Positions 56,361 to 64,000 of a DNA stretch of 64,000 bases are shown here, in pieces. Each line of letters begins with the position of its first letter. Within the stretch, counting starts at the first letter, position 1. The stretch covers positions 1,248,001 through 1,312,000 of the forward strand of contig CAWIXE010000002.1 in NCBI GenBank assembly GCA_963840035.1, written 5' to 3'. Under the pieces are notes generated by a model. It was not told where the DNA came from. It did no database searches and saw only the letters and a list, made by a program, of their open reading frames with translations. The stretch comes from a candidate division FCPU426 bacterium (GTDB lineage Bacteria; Oederibacteriota; PGYV01; Palsa-1178). The position numbers and the translations under genes are program-made.

Positions 56361-57509
56361 TTATCCTTCGACATTGATGGTGCCGAATTTCTTCTGCCCA
56401 TCAAGGCCGCCTTTTATGAAGTTCCACTTTGACATGTACGCGATAGTCATCCAGGTCAGCAGTTTTCCTGCCGGCTTGATCTTAAAGCACGGCGCAAAAA
56501 AGCGCATGCCAAATACTATGGCAAGCGCCAGCTGTATGCCCCATCCGAGGAAGTTCCCGATGATACCCGGGATGCCGCCCGTAAGGAGGTTTGTTAGTAT
56601 TGTAACCACTGATGATATTGTAAGCAGGTTCATCATAGTAAAGTCGCCGAAGTAGATTATCCCTATTACCGGGAACGGTATGACGAACGAGAAGCCTTTT
56701 CCGAAAGCAAAGTAGAATTCAAGCACTTTCTTCGCGTGCATTTTCAAAAGAAGCGGATGTCCGTAGCCGTATCCGTAAAGCTGTTTGTAGAACATCTCAG
56801 GGGTGGCTCTGTGCATGTGGTCGACAACAGCCGAAGGCTGGAAGAAAAGCTTGAACCCTTTTTTCAGGACCCTTAAGTTAAAGTCGACGTCTTCGCCGGT
56901 TGGCTCGTGCCAGAATTCATTGCCGATGGCCAGGGCCGCTTTTTTCGATACTGCCGCGTTTGCTGTGGCAAAGAACGGGCATGACTGCGAGCCATTAATC
57001 TCGCTGGGCCAGTCTTTCTTGATTGTAGGATAAACTCCGCCGTTCTTCATGCCGACCCTGTCACCGATGGAAAGGAAACCCGTGGCTTCGCAGTATGTCT
57101 CGGTGTCATTGTTCGGGTCTGTCCTTAATGTATAAACTTCACCGCCAACCATGCCGACTTCCGGGTCCTTTATAAAAGGTTCGACCATCTTATCGACCCA
57201 GTCCTTATGCGGGGCGCAGTCTCCGTCTGTAAAGAGGATGTACTCGCCTTTTACCACTTTTAAAGCCGCGTTCCTGGCGTGTCCCGGCGACTTGGAATCC
57301 GGTACCGGAACCAGCGTGATGAACGGGTATTTCTCCTGCCACTTTTTTATGATTTCCACTGTCTTATCCGTGGAGCCGCCGTCCGCAAATACTATTTCCA
57401 TGCATACACGGGGATAATCCACGTTTAAAAGGTATTGAATGGTGGTGTCTATGGTTCTTTCCGCGTTCCTTACCGGGCTGATAATGCTTACAAACGGTTT
57501 CTCTGCCAT
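56361..57509 (-). CDS. Family 2 glycosyltransferase with C-terminal TMs
   Basis: VSIISPVRN, DGGSTD, FTDGD, GEDVD. Confidence 0.9.
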   Translation of the reverse strand: MAEKPFVSIISPVRNAERTIDTTIQYLLNVDYPRVCMEIVFADGGSTDKTVEIIKKWQEKYPFITLVPVPDSKSPGHARNAALKVVKGEYILFTDGDCAPHKDWVDKMVEPFIKDPEVGMVGGEVYTLRTDPNNDTETYCEATGFLSIGDRVGMKNGGVYPTIKKDWPSEINGSQSCPFFATANAAVSKKAALAIGNEFWHEPTGEDVDFNLRVLKKGFKLFFQPSAVVDHMHRATPEMFYKQLYGYGYGHPLLLKMHAKKVLEFYFAFGKGFSFVIPFPVIGIIYFGDFTMMNLLTISSVVTILTNLLTGGIPGIIGNFLGWGIQLALAIVFGMRFFAPCFKIKPAGKLLTWMTIAYMSKWNFIKGGLDGQKKFGTINVEG

Positions 57510-57568
57510 CTTTCTGTTTCCTCCTTGATGTTTTTAGCGCAAAATTTAGTAGTCAAAAATACCTGATG

Positions 57569-57597
57569 ATTATAAGGAATTTAGCGGGATTTTTCAA
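57569..57597 (-). promoter_or_regulatory. Sigma70 promoter of the GT2 gene
   Basis: TTGAAA-17 nt-TATAAT. Confidence 0.65.
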
Positions 57598-57611
57598 GGG
57601 AAATTTTTACC

Positions 57612-57685
57612 TAAATCACAAGTCCCAAATCACAAATCCCAAATAAATGATGCTTTGGGCTTTGGGATTTGGGACTTGTGACTAA
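57612..57685. repeat. Inverted heptamer element (AAATCCC / TTGGGAN)
   Basis: AAATCAC/AAGTCCC/AAATCAC/AAATCCC ... TTGGGCT/TTGGGAT/TTGGGAC/TTGTGAC. Confidence 0.88.
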
Positions 57686-57693
57686 AAAAGCCT

Positions 57694-58350
57694 TTAATCT
57701 ATAGTGTAATACACCGTAAGTTTCGGCCTGTAGGACACATAAGCTTCATTGGCAAAATAGCACCATAAATAACCCTGCGCAGATTCATTAACGCCCTTTA
57801 ATAATACCCCATAATTATAGGAACTATCGTTAATCCAGGACTGAACCACAGCCGCGTCAAGCGCGAAAGTGTAATAATTGGCCGTACCCATAGCCACGGT
57901 GCTCATTGGCGAGGCGTTAAACGTTTCCCCGCCTGATGAGTTATTCCATGTTATTAAAGTATCTAACCATCCGGCTGTTTTTTCATGGGCTGAAAAACTC
58001 CCGGTACCGTATACATAATATGAATACATTGTAAGAAACGCCTTTTTAACCTTTATCCCTGCCGGCAGCGAGCCGACATCAAATCTTACCACATACCTGG
58101 TAATACCGGCAGTAGCGTCGTAATAACCAAATGACCCTTCAGGCTGAGTCCCATAATTATTCCCGGCAACTGAAGCGCCGCTCGCGAAATTCGCGTCAGT
58201 ACAGCCCTGATAGCCCGCGTACGGCAGCGTGCCGTTCTGGAACTCGGCAACCAGGTAGTTTGTTACTGCCGTAGGATTATTGTTATTCGTGGTGCACGAT
58301 GACAGGACAACAACGGACAGGATCAAAACCGCAAATAAATACTTTTTCAT
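57694..58350 (-). CDS. DNRLRE-domain lipoprotein
   Basis: Lipobox LSSC; RYVVRFD, ITWN, VVQSWI...NYGVLL, RPKLTVYY. Confidence 0.75.
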   Translation of the reverse strand: MKKYLFAVLILSVVVLSSCTTNNNNPTAVTNYLVAEFQNGTLPYAGYQGCTDANFASGASVAGNNYGTQPEGSFGYYDATAGITRYVVRFDVGSLPAGIKVKKAFLTMYSYYVYGTGSFSAHEKTAGWLDTLITWNNSSGGETFNASPMSTVAMGTANYYTFALDAAVVQSWINDSSYNYGVLLKGVNESAQGYLWCYFANEAYVSYRPKLTVYYTID

Positions 58351-58385
58351 TAAAGCCTCCTTTTAAATACCACTAATTTTGTCGT

Positions 58386-58414
58386 ATCATAGCAGGTTAT
58401 TAAATATATAGCAA
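58386..58414 (-). promoter_or_regulatory. Putative sigma70 promoter
   Basis: TTGCTA-17 nt-TATGAT with extended TG. Confidence 0.55.
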
Positions 58415-58467
58415 ATTTTCTTTTGATTTGTCGTAGGAAGAAAAAATCGGCAGGCTTATTGAGACAA

Positions 58468-60072
58468 TTAATCTATTCTTTTAAATACAGTTATCCTATG
58501 CAGTTTCTTGTAATCCTTATCTTTAACATCCTTACCCCACCGGTACTCTGTATGCATAGGGGTCACCATATCAGCAGTGCCCGCAATCTCATACCGGCTC
58601 TTTTCATATTTGTCAAACCACGTAAAAATATACCTGTCAGATTCCGGATTCATAATCCAGGAGAACGGCAGATTCACAAGCACTATGAACCGCGGTTTTG
58701 ACTTTTCCATCTGTTTTACAGCCTGCTCCTGCATGCCACCGGCATAATCATGCTTTTCCATCAGCGGAAACATGTAAATATAACCGCTTGCGGAATACCT
58801 GCCGGAATAAAAATAGACCTGCGGTTCAGACCCCAACACAGCCACAGTATCTTCCGGCGATGAATTTGCCTTAATGTATGCCGCAATTGTTTTCATTTCG
58901 GGGAATGGATTCTCATAGTGCAGGTTCTTTGAAACATCATCAGGGGAACCGGTGAAATATACCCAAGTATTCATCAGCACCGGGGCCGCGAGAGCGGCTG
59001 CGAGTACTACCCTCGCAATCACTTTCACATACGCCTTAAAATCCGCGCGTTCAAAAACATAAACAGCCGCACCGCACATAAGCGCTGCCGCCGGCATAAT
59101 GTATATAAAATAGTGGCCCCTAAAGTACAATCCCACACTTGTTGCCGCAAACGATACCGCAAAAAACAGAAGAAGAAGCGCTCCTGTCCCCCTCGTTTTT
59201 CTGTCAACCATAAGAGCCACAGCGCCTGCGAGGGCTAATAGCAGGATGGTGAAGCCGTTACTAAAGATTAATCCGAAAGTGGCTGAAAAGAGCGCGGCGC
59301 CTGACGCCGGTGAAACAGAACTGACATATTTCATCCCGTAAGTAAAGACCCAGAAAAAGAAATTTGACGACACTCCCGCAGCGTAAATATAAGCAGTCAT
59401 TACCGCAACCGGCGCTAAAGCCCCGCCAATGACGCACAGGCAGTTTATTGCCGCCCTTTTTAGGCCTCCTGCCCTGCCATCATAGGCCGCGTAAACAACC
59501 CCTGCCGCGAGGAAAAATAGGCCGTGCTGCCTGACCACCAGAGACATACCCAACAGCAGCCCGGCTAATACATAAAGACGTTTTGACCCCTTTTCCACAG
59601 CTGCCATAATAACGCGAAGCCCTGCAAGGGCAAAGAGAAGAAGCCCGTTTTCCGCGCAGGCAAACATACCCTGCAGCCAGTTTGACATCATGATAATAAT
59701 GAAACACGCGGCAGCGGCAAAGCCGGCTTTGCTGTCCATGAGTTTTTTTCCAATGGAAAATATGAGTGCGGCATTGAACAAATTGATGATTAAAAATCCC
59801 GTGCGTATTGCGACATCTGTCTGCCCGAATAAGCCCATAATAAGCGCATATAGCCAGTAAATACCCGGTAATTTCATATTGTAAGCCATCAGATAAGGAG
59901 GCACCCCGCGCAAAGCCAACTGCCCGGCATAAGCAAACTCCCCCTCGTCCCGGTCCAAAGGCATCCCCGCAAGCCTGAACCTGACATATATAGCTAAACA
60001 AACAGCCGTTAAAGCCAACGCCGCATAGAAAATACGGGTTAAATCCCATGAATTGCCTTTCTGATTATTCAA
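58468..60072 (-). CDS. ArnT/PMT-like (GT-C) membrane glycosyltransferase
   Basis: LDRDEGEF loop after TM1, PY...K.PG, many TMs. Confidence 0.85.
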   Translation of the reverse strand: MNNQKGNSWDLTRIFYAALALTAVCLAIYVRFRLAGMPLDRDEGEFAYAGQLALRGVPPYLMAYNMKLPGIYWLYALIMGLFGQTDVAIRTGFLIINLFNAALIFSIGKKLMDSKAGFAAAACFIIIMMSNWLQGMFACAENGLLLFALAGLRVIMAAVEKGSKRLYVLAGLLLGMSLVVRQHGLFFLAAGVVYAAYDGRAGGLKRAAINCLCVIGGALAPVAVMTAYIYAAGVSSNFFFWVFTYGMKYVSSVSPASGAALFSATFGLIFSNGFTILLLALAGAVALMVDRKTRGTGALLLLFFAVSFAATSVGLYFRGHYFIYIMPAAALMCGAAVYVFERADFKAYVKVIARVVLAAALAAPVLMNTWVYFTGSPDDVSKNLHYENPFPEMKTIAAYIKANSSPEDTVAVLGSEPQVYFYSGRYSASGYIYMFPLMEKHDYAGGMQEQAVKQMEKSKPRFIVLVNLPFSWIMNPESDRYIFTWFDKYEKSRYEIAGTADMVTPMHTEYRWGKDVKDKDYKKLHRITVFKRID

Positions 60073-60130
60073 CCAGGAACCTCACATAATTATTTTTCTC
60101 ATAAACCCTGCAACAGTATATGCATTTTGA

Positions 60131-63127
60131 CTAGAACAGCACATCCGCCTTTGAGTGCGGGCAGATGTTGAAGAAGGCGCAGTATTTGCAGACAAAGGCG
60201 CTCGGGGTGGCATCGAAGTTTCCTTTTCTTATATCCCCTGCCACCTCGTGTATCTGCGCTTCGTATTTATCCAGGGTGTCTTTCCTCATTTTCTTGGTGG
60301 CTATTATCCTTGACTCAAAAAAGTACACCCCGACCTCGTCTAAGGGCTTTCCAAAGACCTTTTCAAAAGATATGGAATAGAGCTTTAACTGCCTTGATAT
60401 GTTCACAGAGTCGAGCTTTTCCTCCGCCTTTTCAATATCCTTCACATCCGACGTCTTATAGTCTATGATGCGCCATTTCCCGTCTATCTCGTCCACCCTG
60501 TCCCACCTGCCGCGGACTATTATGTCGTCGCCGAGTTTGTATTCAAAATCCTTTTCCAGGTATTTCGGGACTATGTCATTCTTCATTTCCTCGTTATAGA
60601 AAGCCTCTATGGTATTTAAACCCTGTTCAAAACGTCTGGCCTCGTGCTGGGCTGATATGAAGCCGACCGGTTTCCACATGGACCTGAATATGTCCTTCAA
60701 TTCTTCAAGCTTTACCTGCCTGCCGTCCTGCCTGGCTTTAAAAAATTCCGAGGCCGCCTTGTGCATGGCCTGGCCGTAAATTATGTTGGGGTCTTCCTTG
60801 ATGGGCACGCGCAGGACATGTATGAGCCTGTATTTGTACGGGCACGTCAGGTAGTCGTCTATCTGGTAATTGGACAGCTTCAGGACCTTTGGCCCGGCAA
60901 CAACCGGCGCTTCCCTGACATCAACGGATATCTTTTCGAAAAATTTGAGCTTGTCTTCCCTGGATGTTTTGGCGAATGTTTCCGGCTCCTTATAGCCCAT
61001 CTCAAGGAGGAATATTGACGGCTTTTTATTTCCGGCGCCCTCATACTGTTTTGAATATGTAAGTATAAGGCTGTCCTTGGCCCTGGTAATGGCCACATAA
61101 AAGAGCCTGCGCTCCTCTTCCTGCATGTATAATTTCTCATCAACCATGTCTTTCATGATGGTTTCAGGCAGAGGGAACGGGAAACAGCCTTTGAAACGCG
61201 CCGGGAACTTTTCCTGTATCAGGGCCGCCACAAAAACCACCTTAAACTCAAGCCCCTTTGCCTTGTGTATCGTAGTCACCTGGACCGAATCTTCCTCAAC
61301 GTCCTCAAATATGTCGCTTGAAGGGTTATCCCCTGACTTCTGTCTTAGGTCTATGTAATTTACAAAGTTGTTTACCGTATCATAATCATCCGAGACCGAG
61401 AACTGCTTTAAGATATCAAAGAACTTTGATATATTTGCCACTTTCCTGTCAGATTCTATTGATTTATCCTTCAGCAGCCCCGCGAAGATATTGCGGTTCT
61501 TCACAAAATCATATAATATCTCGCCCGCGCTCCAGCCCTGCTTTACCAGGTCTGAATAGTATTCAGAGTCGCTGATTAACTTTGTCACTTTTTCCGCCGC
61601 TTCCGGGTCAAGCTCCAGCTCAGGGTAAGTATCGGGTTTTTTCATCATATCCAGCGCCGTTATCGAATACTCCCTGGCGCGGCTGCCTATTTTTGACATC
61701 ACATACGGGTCTATGGCGTAAAACTCGGATATGGCCACGTCAAAGACCGGGTTGAATTCATACGGGGTGGCCAGCATCCTGCAGAAATTAATGAGGAACT
61801 GCACCTCTTTCTTATTATATAACCCCTCATCCCCTGTAAACCTGTATGGTATGCCGCGCTTTTCAAGGGTTTTTAAGAACATCTTCGCGTCGTTTCTGGC
61901 GCGCAGCAGCATGGCAAAATCATTATATTTATACCTGCCCGCCTTTACGTGCCTTTCTATCTCATCCGCGATGAAGTCAGCCTCTTCCGAATAGCTCTGA
62001 AAACACTTTATGACAAGCGGGTCTATCTTATGGTCCGGCGTGTATTTTGACTCCAGGTGTTTTTCTATTCCGAGCCTGGTCTCAAGCCTGTCCGTATTAT
62101 TGCAGATGGACTTGTGCGCGGCATCCAGTATGGGCTGCACGGAACGGTAGTTGTTTTTCAGGACTACCACTTCAGCGTCCTTATAGCATTCCTTAAACCC
62201 CATGATGTTTGAGATGGCGGCGCCGCGGAAACGGTAAATCATCTGGTCATCGTCTCCCACCACGGTTATGTTGTTGTATTTCCCCGCGATAAGCTTTATG
62301 AGCTCGAACTGGGCGTAATTTGTATCCTGGAACTCGTCTATCAATATGAACTTATAACGCCGCTGATACTTTAGCAGGACTGATTTCTTTTCCTTTAAAA
62401 GGTAAAACGGGACCATGATAAGGTCCCCGAAGTCCATGTAATTTTTTTCAATCTTCAGCCTTTCATAATTGCGGTAAAACCCCGCCAGCTCCTTATGTTC
62501 GGCAAGTATCTCTTCAAAAGCCTGTTTATCCTCGCCCGCGCCCTTTTGTTCAAATTCAGCCACAAACCCGTCATACATATCCGGGGTTATTAAGTTATCT
62601 TTAAGTTTTGATATGAAATTGGTGAGCTCTCCCACATACATGGCGGGGTTGTTCATGGGCCGGTAAAGCTTAAGCCCCATCTCCTCAATGTGCTCGACAA
62701 TGAAGATTATGGAATCGGGTTTTTTCATTATCTGCCAGTCAGGCGCGATGCGCAGCTCGGCGAACGAGTCCCCTATGATGTCATGGCCGAATGAATGGAA
62801 GGTGGAAATATGGGTGTCTATCATGCCGTAAGGCACAAGCGTATCCACCCTGCGCTGCATTTCTTTGGCGGCTTTTTCGGAGAATGTGAGTGCGAGTATT
62901 TCCTCAGGCTTGGCGAGTTTTGAGTTGATGAGCCAGGCTATACGCTCGGTAATGACCCGGGTCTTTCCTGTTCCCGCGCCGGCGACTATGAGGATCGGCC
63001 CTTCTTTATGATGTATGGCCTTTTCCTGCGAAGGGTCTGCCTGTGAGGATGTATCCGGCTGCTCGCCGAGCAAAAAAGACTCTATCTGTGATTCAGCCTG
63101 TTTTAAAGTTTTCTTTTTCTTTGCCAT
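60131..63127 (-). CDS. UvrD/PcrA-family helicase fused to a PD-(D/E)XK nuclease
   Basis: AGAGTGKT, DEFQD, GDDDQ.IYRFRGA, TIHKAKGLEF, EERRLFYVAITRA; C-terminal CP, GRWDRVD, IIDYKT, CKYC...C. Confidence 0.93.
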   Translation of the reverse strand: MAKKKKTLKQAESQIESFLLGEQPDTSSQADPSQEKAIHHKEGPILIVAGAGTGKTRVITERIAWLINSKLAKPEEILALTFSEKAAKEMQRRVDTLVPYGMIDTHISTFHSFGHDIIGDSFAELRIAPDWQIMKKPDSIIFIVEHIEEMGLKLYRPMNNPAMYVGELTNFISKLKDNLITPDMYDGFVAEFEQKGAGEDKQAFEEILAEHKELAGFYRNYERLKIEKNYMDFGDLIMVPFYLLKEKKSVLLKYQRRYKFILIDEFQDTNYAQFELIKLIAGKYNNITVVGDDDQMIYRFRGAAISNIMGFKECYKDAEVVVLKNNYRSVQPILDAAHKSICNNTDRLETRLGIEKHLESKYTPDHKIDPLVIKCFQSYSEEADFIADEIERHVKAGRYKYNDFAMLLRARNDAKMFLKTLEKRGIPYRFTGDEGLYNKKEVQFLINFCRMLATPYEFNPVFDVAISEFYAIDPYVMSKIGSRAREYSITALDMMKKPDTYPELELDPEAAEKVTKLISDSEYYSDLVKQGWSAGEILYDFVKNRNIFAGLLKDKSIESDRKVANISKFFDILKQFSVSDDYDTVNNFVNYIDLRQKSGDNPSSDIFEDVEEDSVQVTTIHKAKGLEFKVVFVAALIQEKFPARFKGCFPFPLPETIMKDMVDEKLYMQEEERRLFYVAITRAKDSLILTYSKQYEGAGNKKPSIFLLEMGYKEPETFAKTSREDKLKFFEKISVDVREAPVVAGPKVLKLSNYQIDDYLTCPYKYRLIHVLRVPIKEDPNIIYGQAMHKAASEFFKARQDGRQVKLEELKDIFRSMWKPVGFISAQHEARRFEQGLNTIEAFYNEEMKNDIVPKYLEKDFEYKLGDDIIVRGRWDRVDEIDGKWRIIDYKTSDVKDIEKAEEKLDSVNISRQLKLYSISFEKVFGKPLDEVGVYFFESRIIATKKMRKDTLDKYEAQIHEVAGDIRKGNFDATPSAFVCKYCAFFNICPHSKADVLF

Positions 63128-63159
63128 GGAAGGATTATAGCATATTTAGGGCGTGTAGT

Positions 63160-63232
63160 TAATCACAAATCCCAAATCACAGATCCCAAAGAAAACCGTG
63201 GTTTGGGATTTGTAATTTGGGATTTTTGATTA
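63160..63232. repeat. Inverted heptamer element (AAATCCC family)
   Basis: TAATCAC/AAATCCC/AAATCAC/AGATCCC, AACCGT spacer, TTGGGAT arm; ends on the stop codon at 63230. Confidence 0.88.
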
Positions 63233-63589
63233 GTTTAAAGCCAGACTCTCCGCGACTTCAGCCGCCAGAATCCGCCTGTATACGAATGAATACTCATCCT
63301 TGTTTTCCCAGATAACCTCGTAGATAACATCCTTTATCATATCGCCCTGGGGCTCAAGCATTTCGATTTCCGTGTCCATGCCCGCATTATAAATATTCGC
63401 CATTTTTAGCTTCTTAAATACCCGCACCATATTCTTCAGCTTATCATCCGGAAGCCCGAGAAATCCTGCAAGCACACCGATATTTACCCTGTCATAACGC
63501 TTTGAGTAGTTAATGTTAAAGCAGATAAGGGCAATTGCCTCAGGATAGGACAGCAGTTCTTTTAAGTCATCATAACGGTTTTGCGCCAT
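63230..63589 (-). CDS. Hypothetical protein
   Basis: 119 aa; ATG 63589 behind AAGGAG; no recognised motif. Confidence 0.7.
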   Translation of the reverse strand: MAQNRYDDLKELLSYPEAIALICFNINYSKRYDRVNIGVLAGFLGLPDDKLKNMVRVFKKLKMANIYNAGMDTEIEMLEPQGDMIKDVIYEVIWENKDEYSFVYRRILAAEVAESLALN

Positions 63590-63659
63590 TTCATGTCTCC
63601 TTTTTGTATATACATTAGACACGAAAACGGCGAAAAAGTTGCATTATTTCTTTGTGTTC

Positions 63660-63733
63660 TTAATCACAAATCCCAGATCCCAAAAAAAACGCAATTTGGG
63701 ACTTGGGACTTGGGACTTGGGACTTGTGATTAA
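63660..63733. repeat. Inverted heptamer element (AAATCCC family)
   Basis: TTAATCACA...(TTGGGAC)4 TTGTGATTAA; ends on the stop codon at 63730. Confidence 0.9.
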
Positions 63734-64000
63734 CGAATTACTACCAAAACCCCTATTTTAAAAGCACTTTCATTGCCTGTTTCGCCGTAGGTCAGGACAT
63801 ACATATAAGTCCCGTTTGCGAGTTCTTTAAGGTAATTTCCGCTGACTTGTCCCTGATTTAACCCGGACGGCCTGACAGCCCATGCTTCTTCCCTGACCAG
63901 CCTGTATGAATTGGTAAATATCCTGAACCTGACTGTTTTTGCGGTTGCTTTTAAGTTGTACCATATAGTAATTCCGCTTTTATCAGGGTTAACCGGGTTC
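63730..64000 (-). CDS. C-terminal end of a protein with a T9SS-type sorting domain (starts beyond the window)
   Basis: Manual translation NPVNPDK...FRIFTNSYRLVR...LANGTYMYVL...KIGVLVVIR*. Confidence 0.75.
   Translation of the reverse strand, partial: NPVNPDKSGITIWYNLKATAKTVRFRIFTNSYRLVREEAWAVRPSGLNQGQVSGNYLKELANGTYMYVLTYGETGNESAFKIGVLVVIR

Noticed and set aside
1..64000. tRNA, rRNA or prophage
   Set aside because: No cloverleaf, rRNA-like tract or phage structural genes recognised by eye; tRNAscan and Rfam were not run

Overview
64 kb from a diderm (LPS-making) bacterium, almost all on the minus strand. The gene style (PorV-like barrel, FlgD/T9SS-like C-terminal domains, Firmicute-like glycerol genes) suggests a poorly characterised lineage outside Bacteroidota, but that is inference only. 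Contents in order: (1) an Rsb/SpoIIA-type partner-switching cassette (HAMP-PP2C phosphatase, four STAS proteins, two anti-sigma kinases) wrapped around a 2713-aa secreted repeat protein and a PorV-like/TPR protein; (2) an 11-gene nuo operon lacking nuoEFG, behind a polyprenyl synthase; (3) a partial Tad/Flp pilus operon whose tadE-like gene is split by a complete IS30 element with a 3-bp duplication; (4) glpK plus a three-gene glycerol-3-phosphate dehydrogenase-like module; (5) envelope and housekeeping genes (YfhO, PAP2, M16 peptidase, ManA, TPR-SpoIID, lptBAC, lpxL, kdsCD, glycosyltransferases, a UvrD-nuclease fusion). Intergenic DNA carries at least four palindromic repeat families. Most striking are more than a dozen heptamer-periodic arrays, usually inverted and often starting at a stop codon, and GTAG-REP elements sitting in frame inside two enzyme genes. 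No rRNA, tRNA or CRISPR array was seen. All calls come from reading motifs by eye; no searches were run.
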